From the NCBI GenBank assembly GCA_963724295.1, contig CAVRUC010000002.1, positions 224,001-288,000 on the forward strand: 64,000 nucleotides of DNA, in the 5' to 3' direction. Each line of letters starts with the position of its first letter. Positions within the stretch are counted from its first letter, which is position 1. The translations under genes and the position numbers were made by a program. Under the pieces are notes generated by a model that saw only the letters and a list, made by a program, of their open reading frames with translations, was not told the DNA's origin and made no database searches. The DNA is from an uncultured Chloroflexia bacterium (GTDB lineage: Bacteria; Chloroflexota; Chloroflexia; Thermomicrobiales; UBA6265). Shown here piece after piece: positions 33,000-41,248 of the stretch.

Positions 33000-33115
33000 A
33001 TCGTCCTCGTGTTTCCTTTACCGCACGTCGGCGGCAACCATCAGTGTCGTGTCACCTTGCGAACCGCGGCGCCGTTCTTCGCCTGACTCAGGCAAGGCGT
33101 CCGCGATCGTCCAGC

Positions 33116-33619
33116 CTAGAATGGCGGTTCGCCATCGTCCCAGGGAACTTCTTCGATCGACCCGGGCTGCTCGTCCTGGTCCGCTCGGCCCGGCGGCCGT
33201 CCACCTGCAGCAGCCGCACCCGCGCCCGCACCTGCGCCTAAACCACCACTGCCAAAGCCGCCCTCGCCATCGGCGCGGGATCCAAGGAGCTGAAGCTCGT
33301 TGGCGGTCACGTCGAGCGAGGTTCGGGTCTGACCCTGCTGGTCCTGGTACTCTCGGGCTTCGAGGCGACCGTCGACGTACACCTGCTTACCTTTGCCCAG
33401 ATAGCCGTTCTGAGCCATGCGGTCCAGTGATTCAGCCAATCCACCCCACGCCGTGACGCGATACCAATTCGTGCGTTCCTGCTGCTGACCAGATTGATCG
33501 TTGAAACGTCGGCTCACGGCCATCGTGAACGTGACGTTCATCTTGCCGTTCGGCGTGTATCGAGTCTCGGGATCGCGACCGAGATTCCCGACGAGCGTGA
33601 TCTTCGCGATACCGGCCAT
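33116..33619 (-). CDS. ssb: Single-stranded DNA-binding protein
   Basis: LVGNLGRDPETRYT, acidic DDGEPPF tail, rpsF-ssb-rpsR order. Confidence 0.97.
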   Translation of the reverse strand: MAGIAKITLVGNLGRDPETRYTPNGKMNVTFTMAVSRRFNDQSGQQQERTNWYRVTAWGGLAESLDRMAQNGYLGKGKQVYVDGRLEAREYQDQQGQTRTSLDVTANELQLLGSRADGEGGFGSGGLGAGAGAGAAAAGGRPPGRADQDEQPGSIEEVPWDDGEPPF

Positions 33620-33661
33620 GCTGAACTCCTTCGTTGCGCGGCTACGGTCCGTGCTCGAGGA

Positions 33662-34672
33662 CTACTCGCTCTCCTCATGTGCGGCTTCGTACTTGGTCGG
33701 GTTGAACCCGGCGGCTTCCGCGGCCTCGGTGCTCGCGAAGCAATATTCTGGCACCGTTCGCTTGTACGAGGGCGATCCTGGGCTGTGATAGAGCTTCGAG
33801 GTCGCATTGCCCTTGATCGGGAAGTCCTCAGGGCATTCGCCGGTCCCGTCGCCACGCACCGCACCTTCCGGTAGGTCGGGTCCCGCTTCCGCGGGCGCAG
33901 CCTCAGCCGCTGTTGCCTCAGTGGCTGCCGTGTCGGCAAGCGTCAGTGCAGCCGCGGCATCCGCTTCGAGTTGCTCGCGCTCCGCGATCGCTTCCACCGG
34001 CTCGATGGCCAATTCAGCGCCTGACGCCTCGAGCGCTTCCGCCTCTGCCGTCAGCTCGTCGCCGCGAATCTCGTCCGCTGCCAGCCGCATCGATGTGTCG
34101 ACCGCGGTAGCCGCGGCGTCCAGCACCTCTGCTCGCGCCTCCTCGGCTGCCACCGGTTCGATCGCGCTCGTCGCTTCGCCTGCCTCGGCTTCAGCAGTCG
34201 CTGCCGCGGCCTGGGCGGCGGCATAGGCCTCCGCGGCATCGTCCTCCGCGGCGGCGTCCGCGGCCTGGGCAGCGGCATACGCCGCGGCAGCCGCGTCTTC
34301 GGCCGCGATCTCGGCGGCTTCAACCGCCTTCGGGTCGATGGGCGTCGGTTCCCAGGAGAGCACGATGTAGCGGATGAGCTGGGTGTCGAGCTTCAGCTCC
34401 CGCTCCAGGTCGTCGACTCGGGTCGGGCCAAGCGTGAAGTGCCACACGGTGTAGTACCCGTCACGCACATCGCGGCCACCGGAGCGGATCGGATAAGCCA
34501 GACGGCGCCGTCCCCACGGCGAGTCCTGCAGTGTTTCGATGAGCTCTCCACCGGCCGCGATAATGAACCCGGAGATGCGGTCGAGCTCGCCTGGAAGCGA
34601 TTCCTCCGCCACGTCCGGATGGAGAATGGTCATCAGTTCGTATTTTCGGGGCGCGCGTGCTTGATCGCGCAA
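33662..34672 (-). CDS. rpsF: 30S ribosomal protein S6 with long Ala/Glu-rich linker and extra C-terminal domain
   Basis: RKYELMTILHP, WGRRRLAYPI, LIRYIV; AAGGAGG RBS + TTG 34672. Confidence 0.93.
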   Translation of the reverse strand: MRDQARAPRKYELMTILHPDVAEESLPGELDRISGFIIAAGGELIETLQDSPWGRRRLAYPIRSGGRDVRDGYYTVWHFTLGPTRVDDLERELKLDTQLIRYIVLSWEPTPIDPKAVEAAEIAAEDAAAAAYAAAQAADAAAEDDAAEAYAAAQAAAATAEAEAGEATSAIEPVAAEEARAEVLDAAATAVDTSMRLAADEIRGDELTAEAEALEASGAELAIEPVEAIAEREQLEADAAAALTLADTAATEATAAEAAPAEAGPDLPEGAVRGDGTGECPEDFPIKGNATSKLYHSPGSPSYKRTVPEYCFASTEAAEAAGFNPTKYEAAHEESE

Positions 34673-34755
34673 CGAGGCCTCCTTCCTGTGGGCTTGCCCC
34701 GCTGGCATCGCGGTGAGGTTGCGCGCTCACCCGGCTTACGGAGCAGAAAGGCTCA
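34673..34755 (-). promoter_or_regulatory. Possible S6:S18 autoregulatory leader
   Basis: 5' UTR of rpsF in which CCTTTCTG can pair with CAGGAAGG over the RBS, with a CCC-containing loop and internal hairpins. Confidence 0.35.
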
Positions 34756-34811
34756 CATCAGATGTATACCGGCTCCTTGCCGGCCAACCATGAATCGTAC
34801 CATAACGGAGG

Positions 34812-34855
34812 AGGGCCGGCTTCGCCTCAGGGGGAGTCGCTTCGCTCAGGGGAGT
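34812..34855. repeat. Partial copy of the TCAGGGGG REP-like element
   Basis: GCCGGCTTCGCCTCAGGGGGAG is identical to 16788-16809. Confidence 0.75.
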
Positions 34856-34898
34856 GGGAAGGACGAAGCTTTTTCTCGACTGTGCGACTACGCTCTTC

Positions 34899-34961
34899 CT
34901 TGCCGTCTTGCCGTCTTGCCGTCTTGCCGTCTTGCCGTCTTGCCGTCTTGCCGTCTTGCCG
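34899..34961. repeat. Octamer tandem repeat (CTTGCCGT), seven full copies plus a 7-nt partial
   Basis: Read directly; next to the stop codon of the MshC-like gene. Confidence 0.95.
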
Positions 34962-34962
34962 C

Positions 34963-36159
34963 CTACGCCGTGAGCGTCAGACCGAGGATCTCGCTCAGCT
35001 CGCGCAAGGTGCGCTGCGCGTCGCGGATATCATCTTCTTCGGGGGCCTCCAGGATGCCCGTCCCGATCTCCTGCAAGACTTCGATCGCTATGGGCGTGTT
35101 GAGGTCATCATCCAGGGCGTTGAAAAACCGATCCCGCAGGTTGGCGACGTCGAGCTCCTCCTCGATGCCATAGGCTGGGAACTCCGCGGCTTCGATCAGG
35201 TCATCGACGACGCGCGCCCAGCGCTCGAGCTCCACATCCTCGAAGACCCATGGGCTGCGGTAATGGTTCGAAAAGAGGTACAGGCGCACGGCGTCGGCTG
35301 AATAGTCTTTCAGCGCGTCACTGACGAGGACGAGGTTCCCGAGCGATTTGCTCATCTTCTCGCCGTTGTACCCGACCATCGCGACATGCATCCAGATCCG
35401 GGCAAAGGGTTCGACGCCGAAAGCGTTCTCGGATTGGGCGACCTCGGATTCATGGTGGGGAAAGATGAGATCGGCGCCGCCGCCGTGGATGTCGATGCTG
35501 GGACCGAGATAGCGGCTTGCCATGGCCGAGCACTCGACGTGCCACCCCGGCCGTCCCGGACCATACGGCGAGTCCCAGGACGGCTCGTCAGCGAGCGACT
35601 TCTGCCAGAGCACGAAGTCGAGCGGATCGCGTTTGTTTGGGTCGTCGGGCGTGTTACCCCGCTCGTTGGCGATAGGCAGCATCTCATCACGCGGTATGTG
35701 GCTGAGCTTGCCGAACTCTGAATCGCTGCTCACCGAGAAGTAGACGTTGCCACCGCTCTCGTAGGCGTGGCCCTTGTCAATCAGCGCCTGGGTGATCTCG
35801 AGCATCTCGGGAATGTGATCCGTAGCGCGAACGTAATGATCGGGCTCCAGCCAGTTCAGGTCGCGCATGTCCTTGAGATAGCGAGCCGTTTCACGGTCGC
35901 CCAGCTGCTTCCAGGTGAGGCCGACCTCTTTGGCTTTGCGCAGGATATCGTCGTCGATGTCGGTGACGTTCTGAACGTAGGTGACATCCCAACCCTTCTG
36001 GCGCATGACGCGGACCAGGATATCGAACGCGAGAAAGGTGAAGGCGTGCCCGATATGGGTCGTGTCATACGGTGTGATGCCGCAGACATAGAGGCCGACC
36101 GTGTCATCCCTCGGCGTGAAACGCTCGATCCGCCCCGACTGAGTGTTGAAAAGCTGCAT
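34963..36159 (-). CDS. Cysteine--tRNA ligase paralogue, MshC-like
   Basis: YVCGITPYDTTHIGH, PGWHVEC, DLIFPHHE, KMSKSLGNLVLVS; 398 aa, lacks the CysRS C-terminal anticodon-binding domain. Confidence 0.8.
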   Translation of the reverse strand: MQLFNTQSGRIERFTPRDDTVGLYVCGITPYDTTHIGHAFTFLAFDILVRVMRQKGWDVTYVQNVTDIDDDILRKAKEVGLTWKQLGDRETARYLKDMRDLNWLEPDHYVRATDHIPEMLEITQALIDKGHAYESGGNVYFSVSSDSEFGKLSHIPRDEMLPIANERGNTPDDPNKRDPLDFVLWQKSLADEPSWDSPYGPGRPGWHVECSAMASRYLGPSIDIHGGGADLIFPHHESEVAQSENAFGVEPFARIWMHVAMVGYNGEKMSKSLGNLVLVSDALKDYSADAVRLYLFSNHYRSPWVFEDVELERWARVVDDLIEAAEFPAYGIEEELDVANLRDRFFNALDDDLNTPIAIEVLQEIGTGILEAPEEDDIRDAQRTLRELSEILGLTLTA

Positions 36160-36240
36160 TCCCCCCTGCTCCGCTCGGGTCGTCCTCGCTACGGTCGTGT
36201 CCTGTCAGCGACGGGCTGAGTATATCCCCAAGGTGCCGCG

Positions 36241-36348
36241 GGTCGGAGACGCTGAGTCGTGAGTCGGAGGTCGGAGGTCGGAGGTCGGACGAACGCTGAT
36301 AGCCAATGGCCAGTAGCCAATAGCCGAATAGCGAATAGCCCGTAGCCC
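36241..36348. repeat. Heptamer arrays (GGTCGGA)n and degenerate (TAGCCAA)n
   Basis: GGTCGGA at 36241, 36269, 36276, 36283; TAGCCAA-like units 36300-36348. Confidence 0.8.
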
Positions 36349-36367
36349 CGTGTGGTAGATTCGCGGC

Positions 36368-37147
36368 ATGCCCCGGACCCAGCTCACCGAGACGGATCGC
36401 GCGTGGACGCCGCCGTCTTCACGGGGGACAGCACCGGTGACCTTGCAGTTCCAGGCGCCTCCGCTCCGCGCCGGCTCTCCCTCGCGAGCGGTCGCCTTCG
36501 CGTTGACAGCTGTCGTTCTGCTGACGGGCTGCTCGGGCATCTCCGCGCCGACGCCACTCATTGCCGAATCAATGCCCACCGCCACCCCCACGCCGCCACC
36601 CGCGCCGGTCTCACTGCTGACCCCGGAGCCGGAGCGTTGTGCCGGCGGCCGCCTGCGAGTTGGTGACCTGGCGGCTGTTGGCGATGAGTGGGTCGCCGGC
36701 GTGCAGTCCGCGATCGAGACCGCACGCGCCTGGCGTTCCGACGCCCTCCTGGTGACGGTTCAGGTTGGATGTGCGCCGCTGGAGGCCGGGTTCCGTTGGC
36801 AGGGGACGTTTTATTCTCAAACGGCGCAGTCTTTCTTCTTCAGCGACACCGGAATGACCGAGCCCGCGGAGGTCGATCCAGCATCGGTGCCCGCATTGCC
36901 GATCGAGGAGGTCAATTTCCGGGAACTCCATCTGGCGCTGGCGCGGGCCGGGTACGTCGAGGATGCCGAGCTCAATCCCGCCACTGGGGCCACGGTTCGC
37001 CTCAACGCGCCGACGGATCCATTTGGACCACCTGGGACGCCGCAAGGTTTGGTCTATCACGTGGCCATCATCGGCCAGGGCACTGTCCAGGACCTGTTCA
37101 TCAGCAGTCCGGGATGGAAAATGAACTCCTACCAGGATCGTGGCTGA
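36368..37147 (+). CDS. Hypothetical lipoprotein
   Basis: VVLLTGC lipobox then Pro/Thr-rich linker; start uncertain. Confidence 0.65.
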   Translation: MPRTQLTETDRAWTPPSSRGTAPVTLQFQAPPLRAGSPSRAVAFALTAVVLLTGCSGISAPTPLIAESMPTATPTPPPAPVSLLTPEPERCAGGRLRVGDLAAVGDEWVAGVQSAIETARAWRSDALLVTVQVGCAPLEAGFRWQGTFYSQTAQSFFFSDTGMTEPAEVDPASVPALPIEEVNFRELHLALARAGYVEDAELNPATGATVRLNAPTDPFGPPGTPQGLVYHVAIIGQGTVQDLFISSPGWKMNSYQDRG

Positions 37148-37150
37148 GTC

Positions 37151-38029
37151 ATGACATCCTCCAGTGACGCGTTGGCCCCCGAAGTGGAGGCTGTCGTCGC
37201 CGCGTGCATGGAAGTCCTGCGCCAGACGCCGGCCGCCGTGGTCACGGATATCGACGGGACGGTCAGCGCGATCGCCCCCACCCCGGCCGAAGCGATGGTC
37301 GATCCCGGCGCCAAAGCCGCACTGGCTTTGCTCGCCGAACGATTAGCCGCGGTCGCGGTGGTCTCCGGCCGCGCGCCGCAGGATGGCGCGGCCATGGTCG
37401 GCCTGCCCGAGCTGATCTACGTTGGGAACCACGGGCTGGAGCGTATCGCGCGCGGGACGCCCTGGACGCATCCACTGGCCGCGGCGGCCCAGCCGGCCAT
37501 CGCCGCCGCCCTGGCGGAGATCGAGAGCGCGGCACGGGCGGGCGGCGACCTGCCCTGGCTGATCATCGAAAACAAGGGGGTCACCGGCACGGTTCACTAC
37601 CGGCTGGCCCCCGACCAGATGGCGGCGGCCGCGCTGCTGGAGCCGCTGGCGCGCGCAGCGGCAGATCGGCACGGTCTGCGCCTCACGCTCGGCCGCATGA
37701 TCTTCGAGGTGCGTCCGGCTCTGGCGGTCAACAAGGGGACTGCCATCCGTGAGCTGGCCCAGGATCTCGGTCTGCGCGGCATCGTCTTCTTTGGCGACGA
37801 TGTGACCGACGTCGATGCCTTCCGTGCGTTGCGCGAGCTGCGGGAAGCAGGAGAAGCGGCAACGCTGCGGGTCGGCGTGCTCGGCCCCGACACATCACCG
37901 GCCGTACTCGCCGAAATCGACATCAGTGTCTATGGCGTCCCCGCCTGCGCGGCGACCCTCATCGCCCTTGCCGCGCGTCTTGCTGAAGAGGCCGCAGCGG
38001 CGCAGAGCGCGGTCGACGATTCTTTCTGA
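37151..38029 (+). CDS. otsB: Trehalose-6-phosphate phosphatase
   Basis: DIDGT, VVSGR, YVGNHG, VHYR, NKG, GDDVTD. Confidence 0.93.
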   Translation: MTSSSDALAPEVEAVVAACMEVLRQTPAAVVTDIDGTVSAIAPTPAEAMVDPGAKAALALLAERLAAVAVVSGRAPQDGAAMVGLPELIYVGNHGLERIARGTPWTHPLAAAAQPAIAAALAEIESAARAGGDLPWLIIENKGVTGTVHYRLAPDQMAAAALLEPLARAAADRHGLRLTLGRMIFEVRPALAVNKGTAIRELAQDLGLRGIVFFGDDVTDVDAFRALRELREAGEAATLRVGVLGPDTSPAVLAEIDISVYGVPACAATLIALAARLAEEAAAAQSAVDDSF

Positions 38030-38081
38030 CCAGCAGGCCGGCGGCGGACAGGGCCGGACTGACTACTCGCGGAGACCAGTG

Positions 38082-38573
38082 ATGTCGACGTTTCTACTCA
38101 CGGTGACGATGATTTTGGGCATGGTTGGCGGAGTGCTGGGACCGGGCGCGTCGACCTTTGCGCGCCAGGTCGCGCCGCTGCCCTTGCCGACCGCCGAGAT
38201 CTCCGTCGGCGGCGTGCCGCTGACCGTTGAGCTGGCCTACCAACCGGCGGACACGGCCCTCGGACTCGGCTATCGCGAGGGATTGGCCGCGGGCACCGGC
38301 ATGCTCTTCATTTTCGAGGGTCCAGCGCCGCGGTCTTTCTGGATGCGAGGCATGCAGTTCTGCATCGACATCATCTGGATCGAGAACAGGGTGATCCAGG
38401 GAGCGGCAGAGAGCGTCTGCCCGGAGCCGCCCGGCACCGCCGATGCCGATCTGGCCTCGTATGCTTCTCCCGTCCCGGTCACGTATGTGCTCGAGGTCCC
38501 GGCCGGCTGGCTGGACGCCCACGGACTCGGTGCCGGCACGCCGGTCGAGGGGCTCCCCTCGCTCGTCACCTAG
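38082..38573 (+). CDS. DUF192-domain secreted protein
   Basis: GLGYR, GMLFIF, FWMRG, YVLEVPAG. Confidence 0.88.
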   Translation: MSTFLLTVTMILGMVGGVLGPGASTFARQVAPLPLPTAEISVGGVPLTVELAYQPADTALGLGYREGLAAGTGMLFIFEGPAPRSFWMRGMQFCIDIIWIENRVIQGAAESVCPEPPGTADADLASYASPVPVTYVLEVPAGWLDAHGLGAGTPVEGLPSLVT

Positions 38574-39661
38574 TGAGCAATCTTGAGGGGTCCCCGAAGG
38601 TCGAGATCAGCCGGGAGCCGTTCGGCGAGATCGGCGGGAGGCTGATCGACCGGTTCACCTTGGCAAACCGGCATGGCCTGCGCGTCGAAGTCATCGCCTA
38701 CGGCGGGATCATCCGCGCTATCTGGGCGCCGGACCGTGATGGCCAACTCGCGAACGTGGCACTCGGGTTCGCCGATCTCGCCGGGTATCTGGATCACAAC
38801 GATCCGTACTTCGGTTGCATCGCCGGGCGCTATGCCAACCGGATCGCCAAGGGCGTCTTTACGCTCGACGACGAAACTTACCAACTTCCGACGAACGATG
38901 GGTCTAACCACCTCCACGGCGGGGTGCGGGGATTCGACAAGCGTGTCTGGGATGCCGAAGAGATCCGCCAGGACGGCGCGGCTGGCGTGCGGCTCGTCCG
39001 CGTGAGTCCGGATGGTGAGGAGGGCTACCCCGGGACGCTGTCGGCCGCGGTGAGCTACATGCTCGATGATGACAACCGGCTCCGCATCGACTATCACGCC
39101 GAGTCCGACCGCCCGACGATCATCAATCTCACCAATCACACCTATTGGAATCTTGGCGGGGAAGGGACCGGAAATGTCGAAGACCACGTGCTGCAGCTGG
39201 CGGCCAGCCGCTACACCCCGGTCGACACCTCGTTGACGCCAACCGGGGAGCTGGCTGCGGTCACCGATACCCCTTTCGATTTCACCACCCCGACGGCGAT
39301 CGGGACGCGCATCCGCGAGAGCCACCCGCAGTTGCTCATAGGCCGCGGCTACGACCACAACGTCGTGCTCGACCGCGCGCCCGGCGACTCGCCCTTGATA
39401 GCAGCCGCCACCTTGCGTGAACCCGGCAGTGGCCGCATCCTGACCGTCTGGACAACCGAGCCGGGAATCCAGTTCTACAGCGGCGGCTATCTCGACGGCA
39501 CGCTGGTCGGCGCCAGCGGGCGCACGTACCGGCAGGGGGACGGCGTGGCGCTGGAGACGCAGCACTTCCCCGACTCCCCCAACCAACCCGAATTCCCCTC
39601 GACCGTCTTGCGGCCGGGTGAGGTCTACACCTCGACGACCGTCTTCGCCTTCGCCACCTAG
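38573..39661 (+). CDS. galM: Aldose 1-epimerase (galactose mutarotase)
   Basis: GRYANRI, HLHGG, NLTNHTYWNL, GYDHN, LETQHFPDSPN. Confidence 0.95.
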   Translation: MSNLEGSPKVEISREPFGEIGGRLIDRFTLANRHGLRVEVIAYGGIIRAIWAPDRDGQLANVALGFADLAGYLDHNDPYFGCIAGRYANRIAKGVFTLDDETYQLPTNDGSNHLHGGVRGFDKRVWDAEEIRQDGAAGVRLVRVSPDGEEGYPGTLSAAVSYMLDDDNRLRIDYHAESDRPTIINLTNHTYWNLGGEGTGNVEDHVLQLAASRYTPVDTSLTPTGELAAVTDTPFDFTTPTAIGTRIRESHPQLLIGRGYDHNVVLDRAPGDSPLIAAATLREPGSGRILTVWTTEPGIQFYSGGYLDGTLVGASGRTYRQGDGVALETQHFPDSPNQPEFPSTVLRPGEVYTSTTVFAFAT

Positions 39662-39680
39662 GCGCGGCGATTCGGCTGCT

Positions 39681-40373
39681 TCATTTGGACGGGGACGGGT
39701 CCGTCACGTCTTCAGGCGGAGATGCCAGCCCGAGTCCAATGTCGGAGCCAAGCGCCTCACGCAGCGCGCGTTCGACCCGGCCCTGGGTCGCCGCCATTGT
39801 GACGTCGCCGCGGGTCCGTTCCAGCACCGCGCGCAGGGCGTCGGTGGTCCGGCGCAGGCCACCGGTGATGGCGTCCGGGAAGTCGACGGTGACGAGCGCG
39901 GAGTAGATATCGTCCATCGTCCCGAGCAGGTATTCGGCACGGGAGAGATCGTTCTCTCGCAGGCGGTCCAGCACCTGCCGCCGCAGCTCCGACGCGGCCT
40001 CGGCCATGGCGTTGAGATAGGCGGCATCTTCCGCACCCAGCTCTGCCGGTTCCGGCAACGGCTGGTTGGCGACGATGGACAGGGTGATGGCCGCCTCGGC
40101 CGCCTCTTTCATAGCGTCCTGCACGTACCCCGCCCAGTAGATGCTCGGGTACGGTTGCAGTTCCCCGGTAAGCGTCTTCATCCGGTCGCGCGCCTCGGCC
40201 AGCAGCCGCTCCGCCTCGTCGATCTCACCACGATGGGTAGCGCGGACACTGTTGGCGGCCAGCCTGGTGATCTGGCGGCCTTCACCAAGCGCGCGGTCCC
40301 GCGTGGCGGCCAGTCCCTCGAAACGGCGAACAATTCCTTCAGTAATGCTGCTTGTGATGGCTCCGCCCGCCAC
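39681..40373 (-). CDS. Translin/TRAX-family protein
   Basis: Helical protein with QDAMKEAAEA, YLNAMAEAASELRR and GLRRTTD, matching translin-family segments; GGAGG RBS + GTG 40373. Confidence 0.8.
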   Translation of the reverse strand: MAGGAITSSITEGIVRRFEGLAATRDRALGEGRQITRLAANSVRATHRGEIDEAERLLAEARDRMKTLTGELQPYPSIYWAGYVQDAMKEAAEAAITLSIVANQPLPEPAELGAEDAAYLNAMAEAASELRRQVLDRLRENDLSRAEYLLGTMDDIYSALVTVDFPDAITGGLRRTTDALRAVLERTRGDVTMAATQGRVERALREALGSDIGLGLASPPEDVTDPSPSK

Positions 40374-40520
40374 ACGATCCTCCAGTTCCAAATGAGAGCA
40401 CATGGCTCCCGGCGTCATCGCCCGAGCACTGACCGGCGACATGGTAGCCCCGCCGGCACGGTCACCATCAATTGCGGAATGCGGCGTACGCTCACCGTCC
40501 CCACATGCCAGATCTCACAA

Positions 40521-40549
40521 TTGACCGTCTCGCACATTTGTTCTACTGT
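40521..40549 (+). promoter_or_regulatory. Sigma70-type promoter with a LexA-like box in the spacer
   Basis: TTGACC-N17-TACTGT; GCACATTTGTTC at 40532-40543. Confidence 0.6.
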
Positions 40550-40587
40550 GGGATCTGGCAGCGTCAGCAATCGCTGGAGGTGTTGAG

Positions 40588-40644
40588 ATGGCGATACGAC
40601 GTCAGGTGATCGCCGGGCTGGCCGCTGCGACGTCAACGCCGTAA
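40588..40644 (+). CDS. Candidate 18-aa peptide or gene remnant
   Basis: GGAGGTG RBS; MAIRRQVIAGLAAATSTP; just downstream of the promoter above. Confidence 0.3.
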   Translation: MAIRRQVIAGLAAATSTP

Positions 40645-40710
40645 GGCCACGCCCATTCGGCAGCGTACGGCGTTGGCGGCAGCACGCGACTTGGAAAGGA
40701 GAGCAGTGAC

Positions 40711-41133
40711 ATGGCGAGCGATGCGAGCAGAGGACAGGTCGAGCATCTCAATCCCGAGGGTTTGCCACGGAATCCCGCCTTCACCAACGTGGTGGTCGTC
40801 ACCGGACCGGTGCGTACCATCTATATCGGCGGGCAAGACGCGGTCGACGCTACAGGACAGATCGTCGGCGTTGGCGACATCGCCGCCCAAACGGGCCAAG
40901 TCCTTGAAAATATCCAGACCGCGCTCGCAGCCGCGGGGGCCGGGCCGGAGCACGTCGTCAAATGGAATGTGCTCGTCGTCCAGGGGCAGTCGATGCAAGA
41001 GGGCTTTGCCGCATTTCAGCGGGTCTGGGGGCAACGGGCCAACCCACCCGCAATCACCTTCGCCTTTGTCTCAGAGCTTGCCAATCCGAAGTTCCTTATC
41101 GAGATGGACGCCATCGCCGTCGTTCCCCTGTAG
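40711..41133 (+). CDS. RidA/YjgF-family protein
   Basis: IYIGGQ, QVLENI, LIEMDAIA; AAAGGAG RBS. Confidence 0.9.
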   Translation: MASDASRGQVEHLNPEGLPRNPAFTNVVVVTGPVRTIYIGGQDAVDATGQIVGVGDIAAQTGQVLENIQTALAAAGAGPEHVVKWNVLVVQGQSMQEGFAAFQRVWGQRANPPAITFAFVSELANPKFLIEMDAIAVVPL

Positions 41134-41248
41134 CGGTCCGACGGGGACAGATGGAACGCGGGCTAGCGGCAAGACGCGATCGACCTGCGACTGCTACTGT
41201 ACCGATACGGGACCAGAGGCGATCGAGAACATCACATAGGAGATTGGT

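Noticed and set aside
34899..36348. Repeat arrays as CRISPR
   Set aside because: 7-8 nt tandem units without unique spacers; no cas genes in the window
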